A stretch of 64,000 nucleotides of DNA from Dehalococcoidia bacterium (GCA_965220255.1 OZ244816.1:854083-918082), one strand, 5' to 3'. Positions 30,840 to 41,105 are shown, counted from the first letter of the stretch. The notes: generated by a model not told the origin, from the sequence alone. A program made the numbers and translations.

Positions 30840-32372
30840 GTGAATATCCTGGACCGCATCAGTGAACGTGTCCCGCCATATGTTGCGCTGATACCCGTTT
30901 GCTTCGGGGTGTTCGTCGCCGCCGACGACCAGACGGTCATCGTGACCGTGCTGCCGCAGATAATGCTGGACATGGACGTGCCGGTAACCGAGCTCGACCA
31001 CGCCTCGTGGGCGATCACGGGTTACCTGCTCGGCTACCTGGTAGGAATGCCGCTCATAGGACGTGTATCCGACGTATGGGGGCATCGCCGCCTCTACGTC
31101 CTGTCGGTCGTGGCGTTCACCATCGGGTCGGTGGCCGTCGCCCTGTCGCAGAGCCTCAACTGGATGATCGCTGCAAGGGTGTTCCAGGCATTCGGCGCAG
31201 GCGCGCTGGTGCCCATCTCCATCGCAATCGTGGGTGACCTCTTCCCCCGGGGGAAGCGCGCCCTCCCACTGGGCATCGTCGGAGCCTCAGCCGAGGCGGG
31301 CGGCGTGATAGGCCCACTGTGGGGCGGCCTGATAATCCGGTACCTCGATTGGCGCTGGGTATTTTGGATCAACATCCCCCTGGCCATCCTGACGGTGGCG
31401 CTCATATTCCTGCTGCTCCGGCCCAGCCCGCGCTTCCCCGCGTCCATCGACGTGATTGGGGGAGCGCTGGTGGCTGCGACGTTGACGTGCACCACCCTCG
31501 CTCTATCGCGAATCGGCTCGTTCGACTGGCTGGGCGTCGCCTACGTGGCGGGGGGAGTCCTCACCCTAACACTCTTTGTCCTGCGACAGCGAAGCGTCAC
31601 CGACCCACTTCTGCCGCCGGCAATGTTCCGCGTGTTGGCCTTCGTTACGGCCAACATCACGCACCTGCTCGTCGGCGCTGCGCTGATCATCGGCATGGTC
31701 ACCGTGCCGCTCATGGCCAACACCGTGATGGGCAGGACCCCCTTGGAGGGTGGACTCTGGCTCATGCGCATGACCGCAGGCATCCCCTTCGGCGCAATGC
31801 TGGGGGGTCTGCTCGCCCAGCGTTTCGACCTGCGAATTCCGGCCGTGGTCGGACTCCTATTCGCATGTGCCGGCTTCTGGCTGGTCAGCGGGTGGGACCT
31901 CGCTATCGGAGAGCCGGAACTAACGATTCACCTGCTGACCGTGGGGTTTGGGTTCGGCCTCCTGATCGTACCGATCGCGCTCGCGGGCACCGAGACGGTG
32001 GGCGAGGACATCCGGGCGACTGCCGCGTCCATGGTGACGGCCTTGCGCATCGTGGGAATGACCTTCGGCCTTGCGGCTCTCACGGCTTGGGGCGTCGCTC
32101 GATTCGGTGTTCTCGCCGCCGACATACGTCTCCCTCTCGGCGAGGCAGGCCAGACCACCGCCGAAGCACAGGCGCAGCTTGACAGTTTCACCGAACGCAT
32201 CAACGACGCAGGCCTGGCACTGTTTCAGGAGTTCTTCTTCATCGCTGCGGTGGTATGTCTTATCGCGGTCATTCCAGCCGTCCTGATGATCATTAACAAG
32301 ACGGCATCAGGTCAATCGCTAACCTCGACAGGAGACGCAGATGTTCTACGAGATAGGCAACGGGACGCCTGA
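30840..32372 (+). CDS. 14-TM MFS transporter (DHA2; P55/Rv1410c-like)
   Basis: DQTVIVTVLPQIM…W.ITGYLLGYLVGMPLIGRVSDVWG, GPLWGG…WRWVFWINIP. Start uncertain (30774 or 30840). Confidence 0.85.
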   Translation: MNILDRISERVPPYVALIPVCFGVFVAADDQTVIVTVLPQIMLDMDVPVTELDHASWAITGYLLGYLVGMPLIGRVSDVWGHRRLYVLSVVAFTIGSVAVALSQSLNWMIAARVFQAFGAGALVPISIAIVGDLFPRGKRALPLGIVGASAEAGGVIGPLWGGLIIRYLDWRWVFWINIPLAILTVALIFLLLRPSPRFPASIDVIGGALVAATLTCTTLALSRIGSFDWLGVAYVAGGVLTLTLFVLRQRSVTDPLLPPAMFRVLAFVTANITHLLVGAALIIGMVTVPLMANTVMGRTPLEGGLWLMRMTAGIPFGAMLGGLLAQRFDLRIPAVVGLLFACAGFWLVSGWDLAIGEPELTIHLLTVGFGFGLLIVPIALAGTETVGEDIRATAASMVTALRIVGMTFGLAALTAWGVARFGVLAADIRLPLGEAGQTTAEAQAQLDSFTERINDAGLALFQEFFFIAAVVCLIAVIPAVLMIINKTASGQSLTSTGDADVLRDRQRDA

Positions 32373-32958
32373 CCCCTACAGCACGCTGAACGCCATCGTG
32401 GTACCACGGCCCATCGGCTGGATATCCACCCTCAGCGCGGAGGGTGTACCCAACCTGGCCCCTTACTCGTTCTTCAACGCGGTCGCCTACAGCCCGCCAC
32501 AGGTGATGTTCTCGGCGACGAGCAATCATAGGTCCGGCGGGCTCAAGGACGCCGTGCTCGACGCGCAGACGACAGGAGAGTTCGTGGTGAACGTGGCAAC
32601 GTGGGAGCTGAGGGAGCAGATGAACGCCTCCGCAGTGCCCGCTCCCAGGGAGATCGACGAATTCGAGTACGCAGGGCTCACGAAGGCCGAATGCAGGCTG
32701 GTGGAGTGTCCGCGCGTCGCTGAGAGTCCCGTACACCTGGAATGCCGCTACTCCCGATCCGTCGAGGTGCTTTCAAACGATTCAGATGACCCGAACACGG
32801 TCGTATTCGGCGAGGTCGTAGGCGTACACATAGACGATCGCGTGCTCGTTGACGGACGGATTGATTTCCTGAAGCTCCGGCCCGTGGGCAGGCTCGGATA
32901 CCAGGATTTCGTAGAGGTCGACAGTATGTTCAGCATGGAGCGGCCTACCTGGCACTGA
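32341..32958 (+). CDS. Flavin reductase family protein
   Basis: VVPRPIGWIST, NLAPYSFFN, PRVAESPVHLEC, VGRLG. Confidence 0.92.
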   Translation: MFYEIGNGTPDPYSTLNAIVVPRPIGWISTLSAEGVPNLAPYSFFNAVAYSPPQVMFSATSNHRSGGLKDAVLDAQTTGEFVVNVATWELREQMNASAVPAPREIDEFEYAGLTKAECRLVECPRVAESPVHLECRYSRSVEVLSNDSDDPNTVVFGEVVGVHIDDRVLVDGRIDFLKLRPVGRLGYQDFVEVDSMFSMERPTWH

Positions 32959-33039
32959 AGGCATGTTGACCGGCAGATCTGTAGTCGGAGCTGGTGAGTT
33001 CCCCTTGCAGAAGGCCTTCTCAAGCGAGCGATGTGACAG

Positions 33040-33150
33040 TGACTGTTCAGACTTCGTAGGAGCGCTCAACGCACGCAGCCACCGTCATACCCGCTTTCGC
33101 GGGTATCCATAGGGGTGGGGGATGTTCACACCATAAATTTTGAACACTCA
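33040..33150. mobile_element. ~110-bp MITE-like element (ACTGTTCAGA ends) with an internal REP
   Basis: tgactgttcagactt…ttttgaacactca; near-identical to 55617-55726. Confidence 0.75.
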
Positions 33151-33202
33151 CAATGTGGCAAAAGTCATTGTCTTTTCCCGAAAACCGTTTAGCATAGTTT
33201 CT

Positions 33203-33586
33203 ATGTATGTAGTCAAGAAGTCGCGCCTCCGGTCACGGGGATCCCGCAAATCCGACCTCAACGCTCCGTTGCGGAAGTTCCTGACGCGACGCCTGCCGCC
33301 ATCGCACAGCAGCGTCAAGCTCGTGCATCGTGAGACGACAATCTGCTATGCGTACATGTGCCAATACGCCTACGCGTGTACCGAAAAGGCGTCGCGTCCG
33401 GCGAAGGTGCTCGAACGCCGGTGCATGAGGTACCAGCCTGAGGCGATGCGTGTGGAGCCTCGCATGTCCGACTTTGCGCTGGATATGCTCGCGCGAAGGC
33501 GGGATGCAGGGGAAAGCTTGGGGGCGGCCACCGTCGCGATCCTGGAAGAGCTCAGACCGAATGGGCCTATCCGGAGATCGGCCTGA
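33203..33586 (+). CDS. Hypothetical basic, Cys-containing protein
   Basis: Open frame filling the gap before a convergent gene; no recognisable motif. Confidence 0.35.
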   Translation: MYVVKKSRLRSRGSRKSDLNAPLRKFLTRRLPPSHSSVKLVHRETTICYAYMCQYAYACTEKASRPAKVLERRCMRYQPEAMRVEPRMSDFALDMLARRRDAGESLGAATVAILEELRPNGPIRRSA

Positions 33587-33601
33587 CCGCCAAAGGCAGG
33601 A

Positions 33602-34606
33602 TCACCAAGTGGGTTCGGTGTCCTGGAACGAATTGTTGGTCAGGCGCAATTGGTCCTGCCCATCGGACTCCATGACGAATATATCCGCGTCGCCGTCCAG
33701 ATACGAAACGAACGCGATTCTCCTGCCGTTCGGAGACCATGTCGGCTGATCGTCACGCACCTCGTTGTGGGTCAGGCGCGTGAGATTATCCGCCATACCC
33801 CTGTCCTTGATCTCAACGACGTATATCTCGGCGTTGCCGTCCCGTTCGGTGACGAACAGCAGTCTCTTGCCGTTGGGAGACCAGGACAGGTCGTACTCTG
33901 GCGCGTCCGAATCGGTGATGCGGACTTCATCGCCCTCTTCGGGATCCACAACGTAGATTTCCGGGTTGCCGTCCCGCGTAGAGAGGAAGGCGATGTACCG
34001 CGAGTCGGGCGACCACACGGCGCCGTAGTCTGTGGACTGCGTGCGTCTGAACTCATTCACACCGTCGGGGTTGCGGATGTAGAGACCCTGCTCGGCTCCG
34101 TCTCGAACGGAGAAGACGACGAAGTTGCCCTCGGGCGACCATCCCCCGACCTCGTCCGCGGCCACTTTGCTCAGCAGGAGGGACTCCGTTCCATCAGATT
34201 CACTTACGTATACCGAGTTGCCGGACTCCTGCGCAAGAGCAAAGGCCACGCGTTCGCTGTCGGGGCCCCACTTAGGCTGCGTGAAACTGCCCGCGCCGGC
34301 GAATACCTGCGTTCTCTCCTCTCCGGCAATCTCCAACACCTCGAGCTTCATGTCTTCGCTGCCGCCGGACAGGAAGGCAACGTACCTTCCATTCGGTGAG
34401 AGCGAGGGGGAGAACTCATCACGCGGGCTCCGGCTGAGGTTCTCTTCTGCGCTCCGCCCATCGGCCCGAACGGAATAGATCTCCAGGTTGCCATCTCGGT
34501 CGGACGTGAATACGATTGGTGGCGTACCCGACCGGCAGGCCAATGCGAAGAGGAGAACCGGAAGCAAGGTGATTAAGCTGAGAGTACGGAGAAAGGGCCG
34601 TTGCAT
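33602..34606 (-). CDS. TolB-like PD40 beta-propeller lipoprotein
   Basis: Lipobox ALAC; repeated WSPDG/FxSxRDGNxEIY. Confidence 0.9.
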   Translation of the reverse strand: MQRPFLRTLSLITLLPVLLFALACRSGTPPIVFTSDRDGNLEIYSVRADGRSAEENLSRSPRDEFSPSLSPNGRYVAFLSGGSEDMKLEVLEIAGEERTQVFAGAGSFTQPKWGPDSERVAFALAQESGNSVYVSESDGTESLLLSKVAADEVGGWSPEGNFVVFSVRDGAEQGLYIRNPDGVNEFRRTQSTDYGAVWSPDSRYIAFLSTRDGNPEIYVVDPEEGDEVRITDSDAPEYDLSWSPNGKRLLFVTERDGNAEIYVVEIKDRGMADNLTRLTHNEVRDDQPTWSPNGRRIAFVSYLDGDADIFVMESDGQDQLRLTNNSFQDTEPTW

Positions 34607-34675
34607 GGCTGGTGGTACCTTCGCTAGTTCGGAGAAGTATTGAACAACGTCGTATTTCTGCACCAAGTATTTGAC

Positions 34676-35089
34676 ATGGGAAATTGTTCGACCGCAAGGC
34701 GTCGCAAGGTCAGTTTCCCAGTAACAGACGATTCCTCATCCCTCGAAACGGCGGCCAGAGACGAGTCGGGCTACAGCTTGGTGGAGGTCGTCATTGCCAT
34801 GGCCATCATCAGCATCGCGGTGGTCGGTCTCGTCGGCGGGCTCTCGCTCGTCATACGTATCTCAGACAGGTTGGAGGAACAGGCCGTGACGGAGACCCTC
34901 GCCGCGCGGCACGTGGAAGAGCACCTGAACGGACGCTGTCTGGCGGAAGACCCCTTCGCGGGTACCTACAGTGTCGAAGGTCGCACCACCGACGGAAAGT
35001 ACGTCGTGGAGGTGTCATCCGAGGATGAGCCGCTATTCTCGCTAAGCACTCTGGCTGCGGTAGAGTGCGCGGAGACGCCGGACCCATGA
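34676..35089 (+). CDS. Type IV pilin/pseudopilin-like protein
   Basis: Prepilin motif ESG|YSLVE followed by a hydrophobic helix; start uncertain. Confidence 0.8.
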   Translation: MGNCSTARRRKVSFPVTDDSSSLETAARDESGYSLVEVVIAMAIISIAVVGLVGGLSLVIRISDRLEEQAVTETLAARHVEEHLNGRCLAEDPFAGTYSVEGRTTDGKYVVEVSSEDEPLFSLSTLAAVECAETPDP

Positions 35090-35637
35090 CTGCGACACGT
35101 CGAGCGCATACGGGTGCGTGGAGCGGCCTGACCCTGCTGGAGACTGCGGCAGTGATGCTCATCGTGGCGGTCCTCGCCGTGCCGATGGTTGCGGTGGCGG
35201 CCAGGCTCATCGTCCTGCCCGTGGAATGGCAGAATAACCTCGGCGACGTGCGGGACGCGCGCGAAGCTTTGCACTGGGTCGCGTCCGACGCCCGACAGGC
35301 CGCCTGTTACACGGAATCCCAGCTCGAGGGCTACATCGGCACGTTCGAATGGACCGACTACACGGAGACGCCGGCAAGAGAATTCAGCGTCCGGTACTCC
35401 CTGGGCGCCCCCGACTCAGACGGCAGGCAGGAGTTGATGCGGGCGGAGACCGTCGACGCCTTACAACCTAAGACGATCACTATCGGCTACGTCGAGGGTT
35501 TCAACATACGGCAGAATGGGCGGCTAATCCATGTGGAAGTGCGTGTCCCATCCAGGTCCACCGGAGACTCGGACGTCCCTCCACTTGAGATTGCCGCGTT
35601 GATGCGGCCAAGCGGGCAGGCCATCGCAGACTGCTAG
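35086..35637 (+). CDS. Type IV pilin/pseudopilin-like protein
   Basis: SG|LTLLE followed by a hydrophobic helix; ATGA overlap with the preceding pilin. Confidence 0.8.
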   Translation: MTATRRAHTGAWSGLTLLETAAVMLIVAVLAVPMVAVAARLIVLPVEWQNNLGDVRDAREALHWVASDARQAACYTESQLEGYIGTFEWTDYTETPAREFSVRYSLGAPDSDGRQELMRAETVDALQPKTITIGYVEGFNIRQNGRLIHVEVRVPSRSTGDSDVPPLEIAALMRPSGQAIADC

Positions 35638-36470
35638 AAGTCCTCGTCGGATGAGTTGATGATGCGATGGATTGACGGCGAGAATGCCTCGTCGTCACCC
35701 GGTTCCGTATCGTCATCCGACCAGTCCTTCGCCGCGTTGATGCGCTTGGCCTCTGCGGCCTGCTCGTCTTCCGCCGAATCGTAACCGGGGGACGCATTTG
35801 GGACGTATGATCTGGCGGGCGACTTTGACGGGAATGACACGATTCTCGCCTGCGAAGGGTGCTTGTAGACCTCGCGGATGATAATCGTCACTTCCCGGTC
35901 GTCGACGCTATTTACCGTTGCCTGATAGCGGTTCCCCCCGCTCATTAAACGCTTCAGCCGCGAGGCCGTCTTGGACTCGACCTGGCCCAGCTCCTCTCCG
36001 GAGACCTCGTCCTTGACGTTCAACCTCCGCCCCGACAGTTCCAAGCTCACGTCGTCGCCCGGCGTGAGTCTGGCGAGCGTCTTGGGCGGCGCGATGTTCA
36101 ACAGGGACGTGACCAGCGTCTTGCCCGACTCGCCGATGAAGGCACGTGTTGCCCTGCGGTGTACGGTCTGTTGGCGGGGCAGGTCGTCGCCCAACTGCTC
36201 CAGCCTGTCCAGATTCTTTCTTGCTATCGTGTTATGAGGAGAAACTTCCAGCACGCGCCGAAACGCGTCCCGGGCCTCTTCGATCCGTCCAACCTCGGTG
36301 AGTGCCCTGCCCAAGCGATTGTAGGACTCGAGGTCGCCGGGAAAGTCATCGATGAGGGTCTGATTGACGGAAATGGCTTCGGGCCAGCGATTCTGCATCG
36401 CCAGCGTTATCGCGGCCTTCGTACGTTCCTGTTTTGTCTTCACTTTGTCGTCGGTCTGTTGGAATGCCAT
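35634..36470 (-). CDS. TPR-repeat protein
   Basis: SYNRLGRAL…EARDAFRRVLEVSPHNTIA; acidic tail. Confidence 0.8.
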   Translation of the reverse strand: MAFQQTDDKVKTKQERTKAAITLAMQNRWPEAISVNQTLIDDFPGDLESYNRLGRALTEVGRIEEARDAFRRVLEVSPHNTIARKNLDRLEQLGDDLPRQQTVHRRATRAFIGESGKTLVTSLLNIAPPKTLARLTPGDDVSLELSGRRLNVKDEVSGEELGQVESKTASRLKRLMSGGNRYQATVNSVDDREVTIIIREVYKHPSQARIVSFPSKSPARSYVPNASPGYDSAEDEQAAEAKRINAAKDWSDDDTEPGDDEAFSPSIHRIINSSDEDF

Positions 36471-36573
36471 GCCTGCGACTCCACAATCGCACGGTACAAA
36501 TGTTTGTCGTTGAACTAATACAAGATTCGTACCGTTGCCGCAAGCATATTTTGACCCCTCTGTCGGGGAATTT

Positions 36574-37296
36574 TTAGCGCGCAGCCTTCCATCGGAGAAG
36601 GAGCAGCTTCCACATTGCTTCGATCATGATGCCCAGCGACATCTTTGACTTCCCCATCGTTCGATCCATGAAGATTATCGGGTGTTCGACGACCGTATAG
36701 CCCAAGTGCTCGCAGGTGTAGTTGACCTCCGCCTGAAAGCCGAATCCCGCGCATCGTATCTGGGTGAAGTCAATCGAACGCAGAACGCCTTCGCGGAAGG
36801 CCTTGAAACCTCCGGTGGCGTCCTTGATCTTCACTCCCGTAACGGTCCGTATTCCCCAGTTGCCGCCGGAACTGATGAACCTCCTCAAGATGCCCCAATG
36901 TTCGTCCACACCACCATCTTCCACGTAGCGTGAACCGACAACCACGTCGGCGTCCTCGAGGGCGGCAATGAATTGAGGGACGTACTCAGGCTGATGCGAA
37001 AGGTCGGCGTCCATCTGCACGATAAAGTCAGCCCCGGCATCAAGCGCGTGGGAGAACCCGGCGATGTATGCCGGGCCCAGTCCCTCCTTCTTGTGTCGCT
37101 GGACCAGTTCGACCCGTCCGTCGTACCCCTCGGCAAGTCGCTGGGCGACCTCGCCTGTGCCGTCGGGGGACCCGTCGTCCACGACGATGACGATAAGGCC
37201 CGGGAGATTGAGCGCGAACAGTCTCTCCGCCAACACAGGAAGGTTCTCGGCCTCGTTGTACGTCGGCACCACGACGGCAATTCTGACGTTGTCCAA
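36574..37296 (-). CDS. Polyprenol monophosphomannose synthase-like GT2
   Basis: PTYNEAENL, VDDGSPDGTG, MDADLSH, DATGGFK, FMDRTMGKSKM. Confidence 0.9.
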   Translation of the reverse strand: MDNVRIAVVVPTYNEAENLPVLAERLFALNLPGLIVIVVDDGSPDGTGEVAQRLAEGYDGRVELVQRHKKEGLGPAYIAGFSHALDAGADFIVQMDADLSHQPEYVPQFIAALEDADVVVGSRYVEDGGVDEHWGILRRFISSGGNWGIRTVTGVKIKDATGGFKAFREGVLRSIDFTQIRCAGFGFQAEVNYTCEHLGYTVVEHPIIFMDRTMGKSKMSLGIMIEAMWKLLLLRWKAAR

Positions 37297-37328
37297 TTCA
37301 GTAACTCCTGTACCCGAAGATCGCTTTT

Positions 37329-38051
37329 CTAGCGATAGGCCCCGGTAACACCGCGCCAGCGGGTCAAAACTGCGTCCTTCACCATCCGCACCGAATCGAG
37401 AACGGGGCTGATCTTGCTGGAAGGCTCGTGATGCCAGTCTATGGCCATTTCAAGTATGGACGCCCCCCGCAGCTTGGCGATAAACAGCACCTCGACGTCG
37501 AACCCGAATCCGGTTGCCCGCTGCCGCTTGAAGACCTCGTCGGCCACTACGCCGCGAAACATCTTGAAGCCGCACTGTGTGTCCTGGAATCCCCCGACGG
37601 CAACAAGACGAACGACCCAGTTGAAGACCCTTCCCATCAGGTGCCGCATAAGCGGTTCGCCGAACCTCCTCGCGCCCTCCGTCTGGCGGGAACCGATGAC
37701 GATGTCGTAACCCTCGGCCATGCGCCTAATGAAATCGTCGAGGTGTCCCACGGGCATGGACATGTCTGCGTCGCACATGAAGCGGAGTTCTCCCGTCGCT
37801 TGGAGCATCCCATGACGGACGGCCAGGCCCTTTCCGGCCGCCGGCAGCACTTCCAGGCGAACCTGCGGGACCTCCGACGACAAGGATTCGACGACGGCTG
37901 AGGTCGCGTCGTCGCTGCCGTTGTCCACGACGAGTATCTCCCATTCGAACCGGCGCGATGAGAGGTAGCCTACGAGCTTCTCCAACGTTGGCCCGATGCG
38001 CCGTTCTTCGTTGTACGCCGGAACGATAACCGATAGGAACGGCTTCGCCAA
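37329..38051 (-). CDS. Dolichyl/polyprenyl-phosphate glucosyltransferase-like GT2
   Basis: PAYNEERRI, GKGLAVRHG, CDAD, DTQCGFK, GFDVE. Confidence 0.88.
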   Translation of the reverse strand: MAKPFLSVIVPAYNEERRIGPTLEKLVGYLSSRRFEWEILVVDNGSDDATSAVVESLSSEVPQVRLEVLPAAGKGLAVRHGMLQATGELRFMCDADMSMPVGHLDDFIRRMAEGYDIVIGSRQTEGARRFGEPLMRHLMGRVFNWVVRLVAVGGFQDTQCGFKMFRGVVADEVFKRQRATGFGFDVEVLFIAKLRGASILEMAIDWHHEPSSKISPVLDSVRMVKDAVLTRWRGVTGAYR

Positions 38052-38200
38052 CGAGTGTCCCTCCTGTGGTGTCGTGAACCTTTAGCACGTTTGGCGTGTG
38101 GAATGCAATGTCGGCTGACGTAGATGACCCGGACAGAGGAGCTCACTACTCAGGTCGCAGAGATCGCGGGGAATCGAATATCTCAATCGCTGGGAAATAC

Positions 38201-38989
38201 CTACCGGCCCTGGAATCGAGGCGGACGGCGTTCGAGGAAGGCGCGACGCCCCTCGATGAAGTCGGCGCTGTCGAAGTTCGCGAAGGGGAGGTCCCGCTGC
38301 TCCGGAGTGAGGTCTTCAAGCCCGGGATTGTCGAGGGCGATCTGCATGATCTCCTTGTGGCGGCGCTGGGACAGAGGCGCGAGGGGCACCATCTCCTGCG
38401 CCAAGCCATTGACGTAGTCGGTGATCTCGTCATCGGGGAGCACGTGGTCCACCATGCCGAAGCGCAGCGCCTCCTGCGCGTCGATCTGCCTGCCGGACAT
38501 CAGGATGTAGTTCGCGCGCCCCGGCCCGACGAGCCGGACGAGCCGCCGCATCTCCTTGTACCCGATGAGGATGTTCAGCTTCGCAACGGGTATCGCGAAA
38601 CGGCTGTCTGTGCTTGCGATGCGTATGTCCGTAGCCATGCTCAACTCGCAGCCACCGCCGATGCAGTAACCTCGAATGAAGGATATCGTCGGCTTGGGGA
38701 TGCTCTCGACCGCGTCCAGCGCCCCGTCAAACGCCTCGGCGTACACCTTGGCGCTCTCGGCGTCGTGGCGGTAGCGGTCGAAGTCGGCAATGTCGGCGCC
38801 GGCCGAGAAGGCCAGCTCGCCGGATCCGGTGAGGACGACCACCCGGACGCCATCATCGGCAGTAATCTCTTCGGCGATCCCGCGAAGCTGCTTCCAGCCA
38901 TCATAGGTGATCGCGTTTCGCCTGTCGGGCCGGTTGAAAGTGACGGTCGCAACGCCGTCCTGCTGGTTGAAGAGAATGTCGGATGTCAC
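38201..38989 (-). CDS. Enoyl-CoA hydratase/isomerase family protein
   Basis: FNRPDRRNA, FSAGADI, GYCIGGG, DFIEGRRAFLERRPP; GTG start at 38989. Confidence 0.93.
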   Translation of the reverse strand: MTSDILFNQQDGVATVTFNRPDRRNAITYDGWKQLRGIAEEITADDGVRVVVLTGSGELAFSAGADIADFDRYRHDAESAKVYAEAFDGALDAVESIPKPTISFIRGYCIGGGCELSMATDIRIASTDSRFAIPVAKLNILIGYKEMRRLVRLVGPGRANYILMSGRQIDAQEALRFGMVDHVLPDDEITDYVNGLAQEMVPLAPLSQRRHKEIMQIALDNPGLEDLTPEQRDLPFANFDSADFIEGRRAFLERRPPRFQGR

Positions 38990-39071
38990 GATTTTCCTGC
39001 TTGGCGGGGTTGGTCTGTGGGTACGTTCAATGGTAGCACGGCGAGGGTGGCGAAGTCGGTTAGCAAGAGCA

Positions 39072-39500
39072 TTAGGGTAGAACGACAGGTGTGAGGCCGC
39101 CCTTTCGCGAGACCCGGTAAATGAACGGTCTGGGAGTCCTATCCGCCGCATCAAGAATCTTCTCATAGGCTCGCAGGAAGCAGAGCATCTTTTCCCATCT
39201 CATGGCCTCTGCTCCCCACAAGTAGAAGCACCCTATCTCGTACTGCTTGATGGCAGAAAGCTCGGCTTCTTCCAAGTGGTGACGGCTGTCGTGGCCTATC
39301 AGGGTCCAACCATGGTTTCCAATCACGGGCATCCAAGCGTCGTCTCTTGAATCAACCGGGAAATGCCTTTGATGATGCTCGAATTCGGTAGGCAACTTTA
39401 GGATTTCGAGTGCCCTCGGTAGGGCCGTACCAACATCTCTATCGAAAAAGAGTACGGTTGGGGCGCTCGGCGATCGTCCGTGCCCAAAGTCGTCGTTCAT
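39072..39500 (-). CDS. PIN-like toxin (VapC45-type)
   Basis: LFFDRDVG, DDAW…GW.LI.HD; directly downstream of the DUF433 gene. Confidence 0.75.
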   Translation of the reverse strand: MNDDFGHGRSPSAPTVLFFDRDVGTALPRALEILKLPTEFEHHQRHFPVDSRDDAWMPVIGNHGWTLIGHDSRHHLEEAELSAIKQYEIGCFYLWGAEAMRWEKMLCFLRAYEKILDAADRTPRPFIYRVSRKGGLTPVVLP

Positions 39501-40190
39501 TTAGGCGGCCAGCCGAATGCCTTCGAAATCGAGCGCGTGGCCGATCTCTTCTTCCGTAAGCCCAAGGTCGTCTTGTATATCGGAGATACTCTCCCCGGCG
39601 TGCCAACGTCCTCTCAACACCCACGTAGGTACGCCACCCACCGTTGGGGCACCGAAAGATCTCCTCGGGTCAATAGTCACGGGGTTGTTCCTTCCTCGGA
39701 CATGCCATACCAGTGCTAGCTCTTGTTCATAGTCGAATTGAGCGAAGCGCTCGCCAACGATCTCCTCCCAAGTGATCTGTCCGCTGGAGTCCCCGACTAC
39801 AAGGCTGTCAATCGTGGAATCGTCCTCCAGTTCACGTAAATCAAGCATCACATGATGGCCTTCAGTAAGCCATTTGTACTCGGCAAACGGATACTCGGAA
39901 TTCAACACTTGAGCGGCATAGGCCCTAGCCTTGCGAATTCGCTGCAACGGGACTCCCAGTCCACGAAAGGTGGCCACGAACGCAACCTCTATCAGGTCGA
40001 GGTATGAGAGGGGTTGTCGTTTTACACGCCCTGGCAGCGCAGGACCCAAGTCCCCACCCCTATAACGCCAATAGCTCACGGTCTGAGGGGCGGTCCCTGA
40101 ATATCTTGCTGCGTCGCCAACCTGATATGCCGGGAGGTATAGACGCCGACGCCAGGGTTCTACATTTCGCTCAGCGATCAAAGACGTCAC
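39501..40190 (-). CDS. DUF433-containing antitoxin with N-terminal HTH (VapB45-type)
   Basis: LSYLDLIE, IDPRRSFGAPTVGGV, AGESISDIQDDLGL. Confidence 0.82.
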   Translation of the reverse strand: MTSLIAERNVEPWRRRLYLPAYQVGDAARYSGTAPQTVSYWRYRGGDLGPALPGRVKRQPLSYLDLIEVAFVATFRGLGVPLQRIRKARAYAAQVLNSEYPFAEYKWLTEGHHVMLDLRELEDDSTIDSLVVGDSSGQITWEEIVGERFAQFDYEQELALVWHVRGRNNPVTIDPRRSFGAPTVGGVPTWVLRGRWHAGESISDIQDDLGLTEEEIGHALDFEGIRLAA

Positions 40191-40339
40191 CGAGGCCTCC
40201 TCCGTCCCAACAGGAACCCTTGAATCGTAAATCGATTGTAACCGGCAACTCAGTCGGTTTCAACGCCTTGTGGAGCTGAGGAACCGAAGTCCCGGGCTTC
40301 GTTACTGCCTCTTTGCGGCAAACACCGCCGAGGGTCTGA

Positions 40340-40966
40340 CTACTTCTTCAGCGAATCGAGGAAGATGAGGTCGCGCGCGTCGACTTGGGGGCGCACTGCC
40401 TCCAGGAACGGTTCGAGTATTCCTTCGGGCTTCAGGTTGGTGGTGTCGAATTCGACCTTCTGCCGGAAGTAGGAGTTGTTGTACTCGTAGAGGAACTCCT
40501 CCATGATCTCCTCGATCTCGTGGGACTTGACCAGCTCGTAGGGGTGGGGGTCGTCAACCATGCGTTGCCGGATCACGTCGGGGTCGCACGTCATGTGGAC
40601 GAGGATGGAGTTATCGGGCATCTTGTGTTCGAGCCACCGGTGGTAGGACACCTCGCTGCCGGGATGATAGTAGCGGGGCCCGAATATCTTCTCCTCGATG
40701 TGGAAACCGCCGAAGATGCAGTCGTTGTAGCGCTCCAGAATCTCCAGGTGGTAGTAGATCACCATGCGCTGGAACCGCTCCTTGAGCACCGGCGACATGT
40801 TCCACATCGTCTGCTGGTCTTCCTCGTTGAGGTGGTGGTAGTCGGGAATCGTGAAGTCGCCGTCGTCCATGTGGAACTTCTTGCCGACCTTCAGCCCCCA
40901 TTCCTGCAGGGCGTTGGCCAGCGTGGTCTTGCCCACGTATTCGGTACCGATCAAGATGAGTCGCAC
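40340..40966 (-). CDS. P-loop nucleoside monophosphate kinase-like protein
   Basis: LILIGTEYVGKTT, LVHMTCDPDVIRQR; GTG start with SD GGGAGG; extended -10 TGtTAGAAT near 41010. Confidence 0.75.
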   Translation of the reverse strand: MRLILIGTEYVGKTTLANALQEWGLKVGKKFHMDDGDFTIPDYHHLNEEDQQTMWNMSPVLKERFQRMVIYYHLEILERYNDCIFGGFHIEEKIFGPRYYHPGSEVSYHRWLEHKMPDNSILVHMTCDPDVIRQRMVDDPHPYELVKSHEIEEIMEEFLYEYNNSYFRQKVEFDTTNLKPEGILEPFLEAVRPQVDARDLIFLDSLKK

Positions 40967-41029
40967 GGGTAGCCTCCCAGGGAGTTCGTTGTGTTGCACG
41001 GTCGCCCAGATTCTAACACCGTTCGCCGG

Positions 41030-41105
41030 AAAACACGTGAGGCCGCCTTTCGGCGGCCCCACGCTGGAGGGGAGAGGAGGAGGTATCCTGTTCGTAATTG
41101 TGTAA
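41030..41105 (-). ncRNA. Candidate ~75-nt small RNA with an anti-SD tract
   Basis: TTGACT(41134-41139)-17-TACCAT(41111-41116); CCUCCUCCUCUCCCCUCC tract; 12-bp GAAA-loop hairpin + UGUUUU. Confidence 0.6.
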
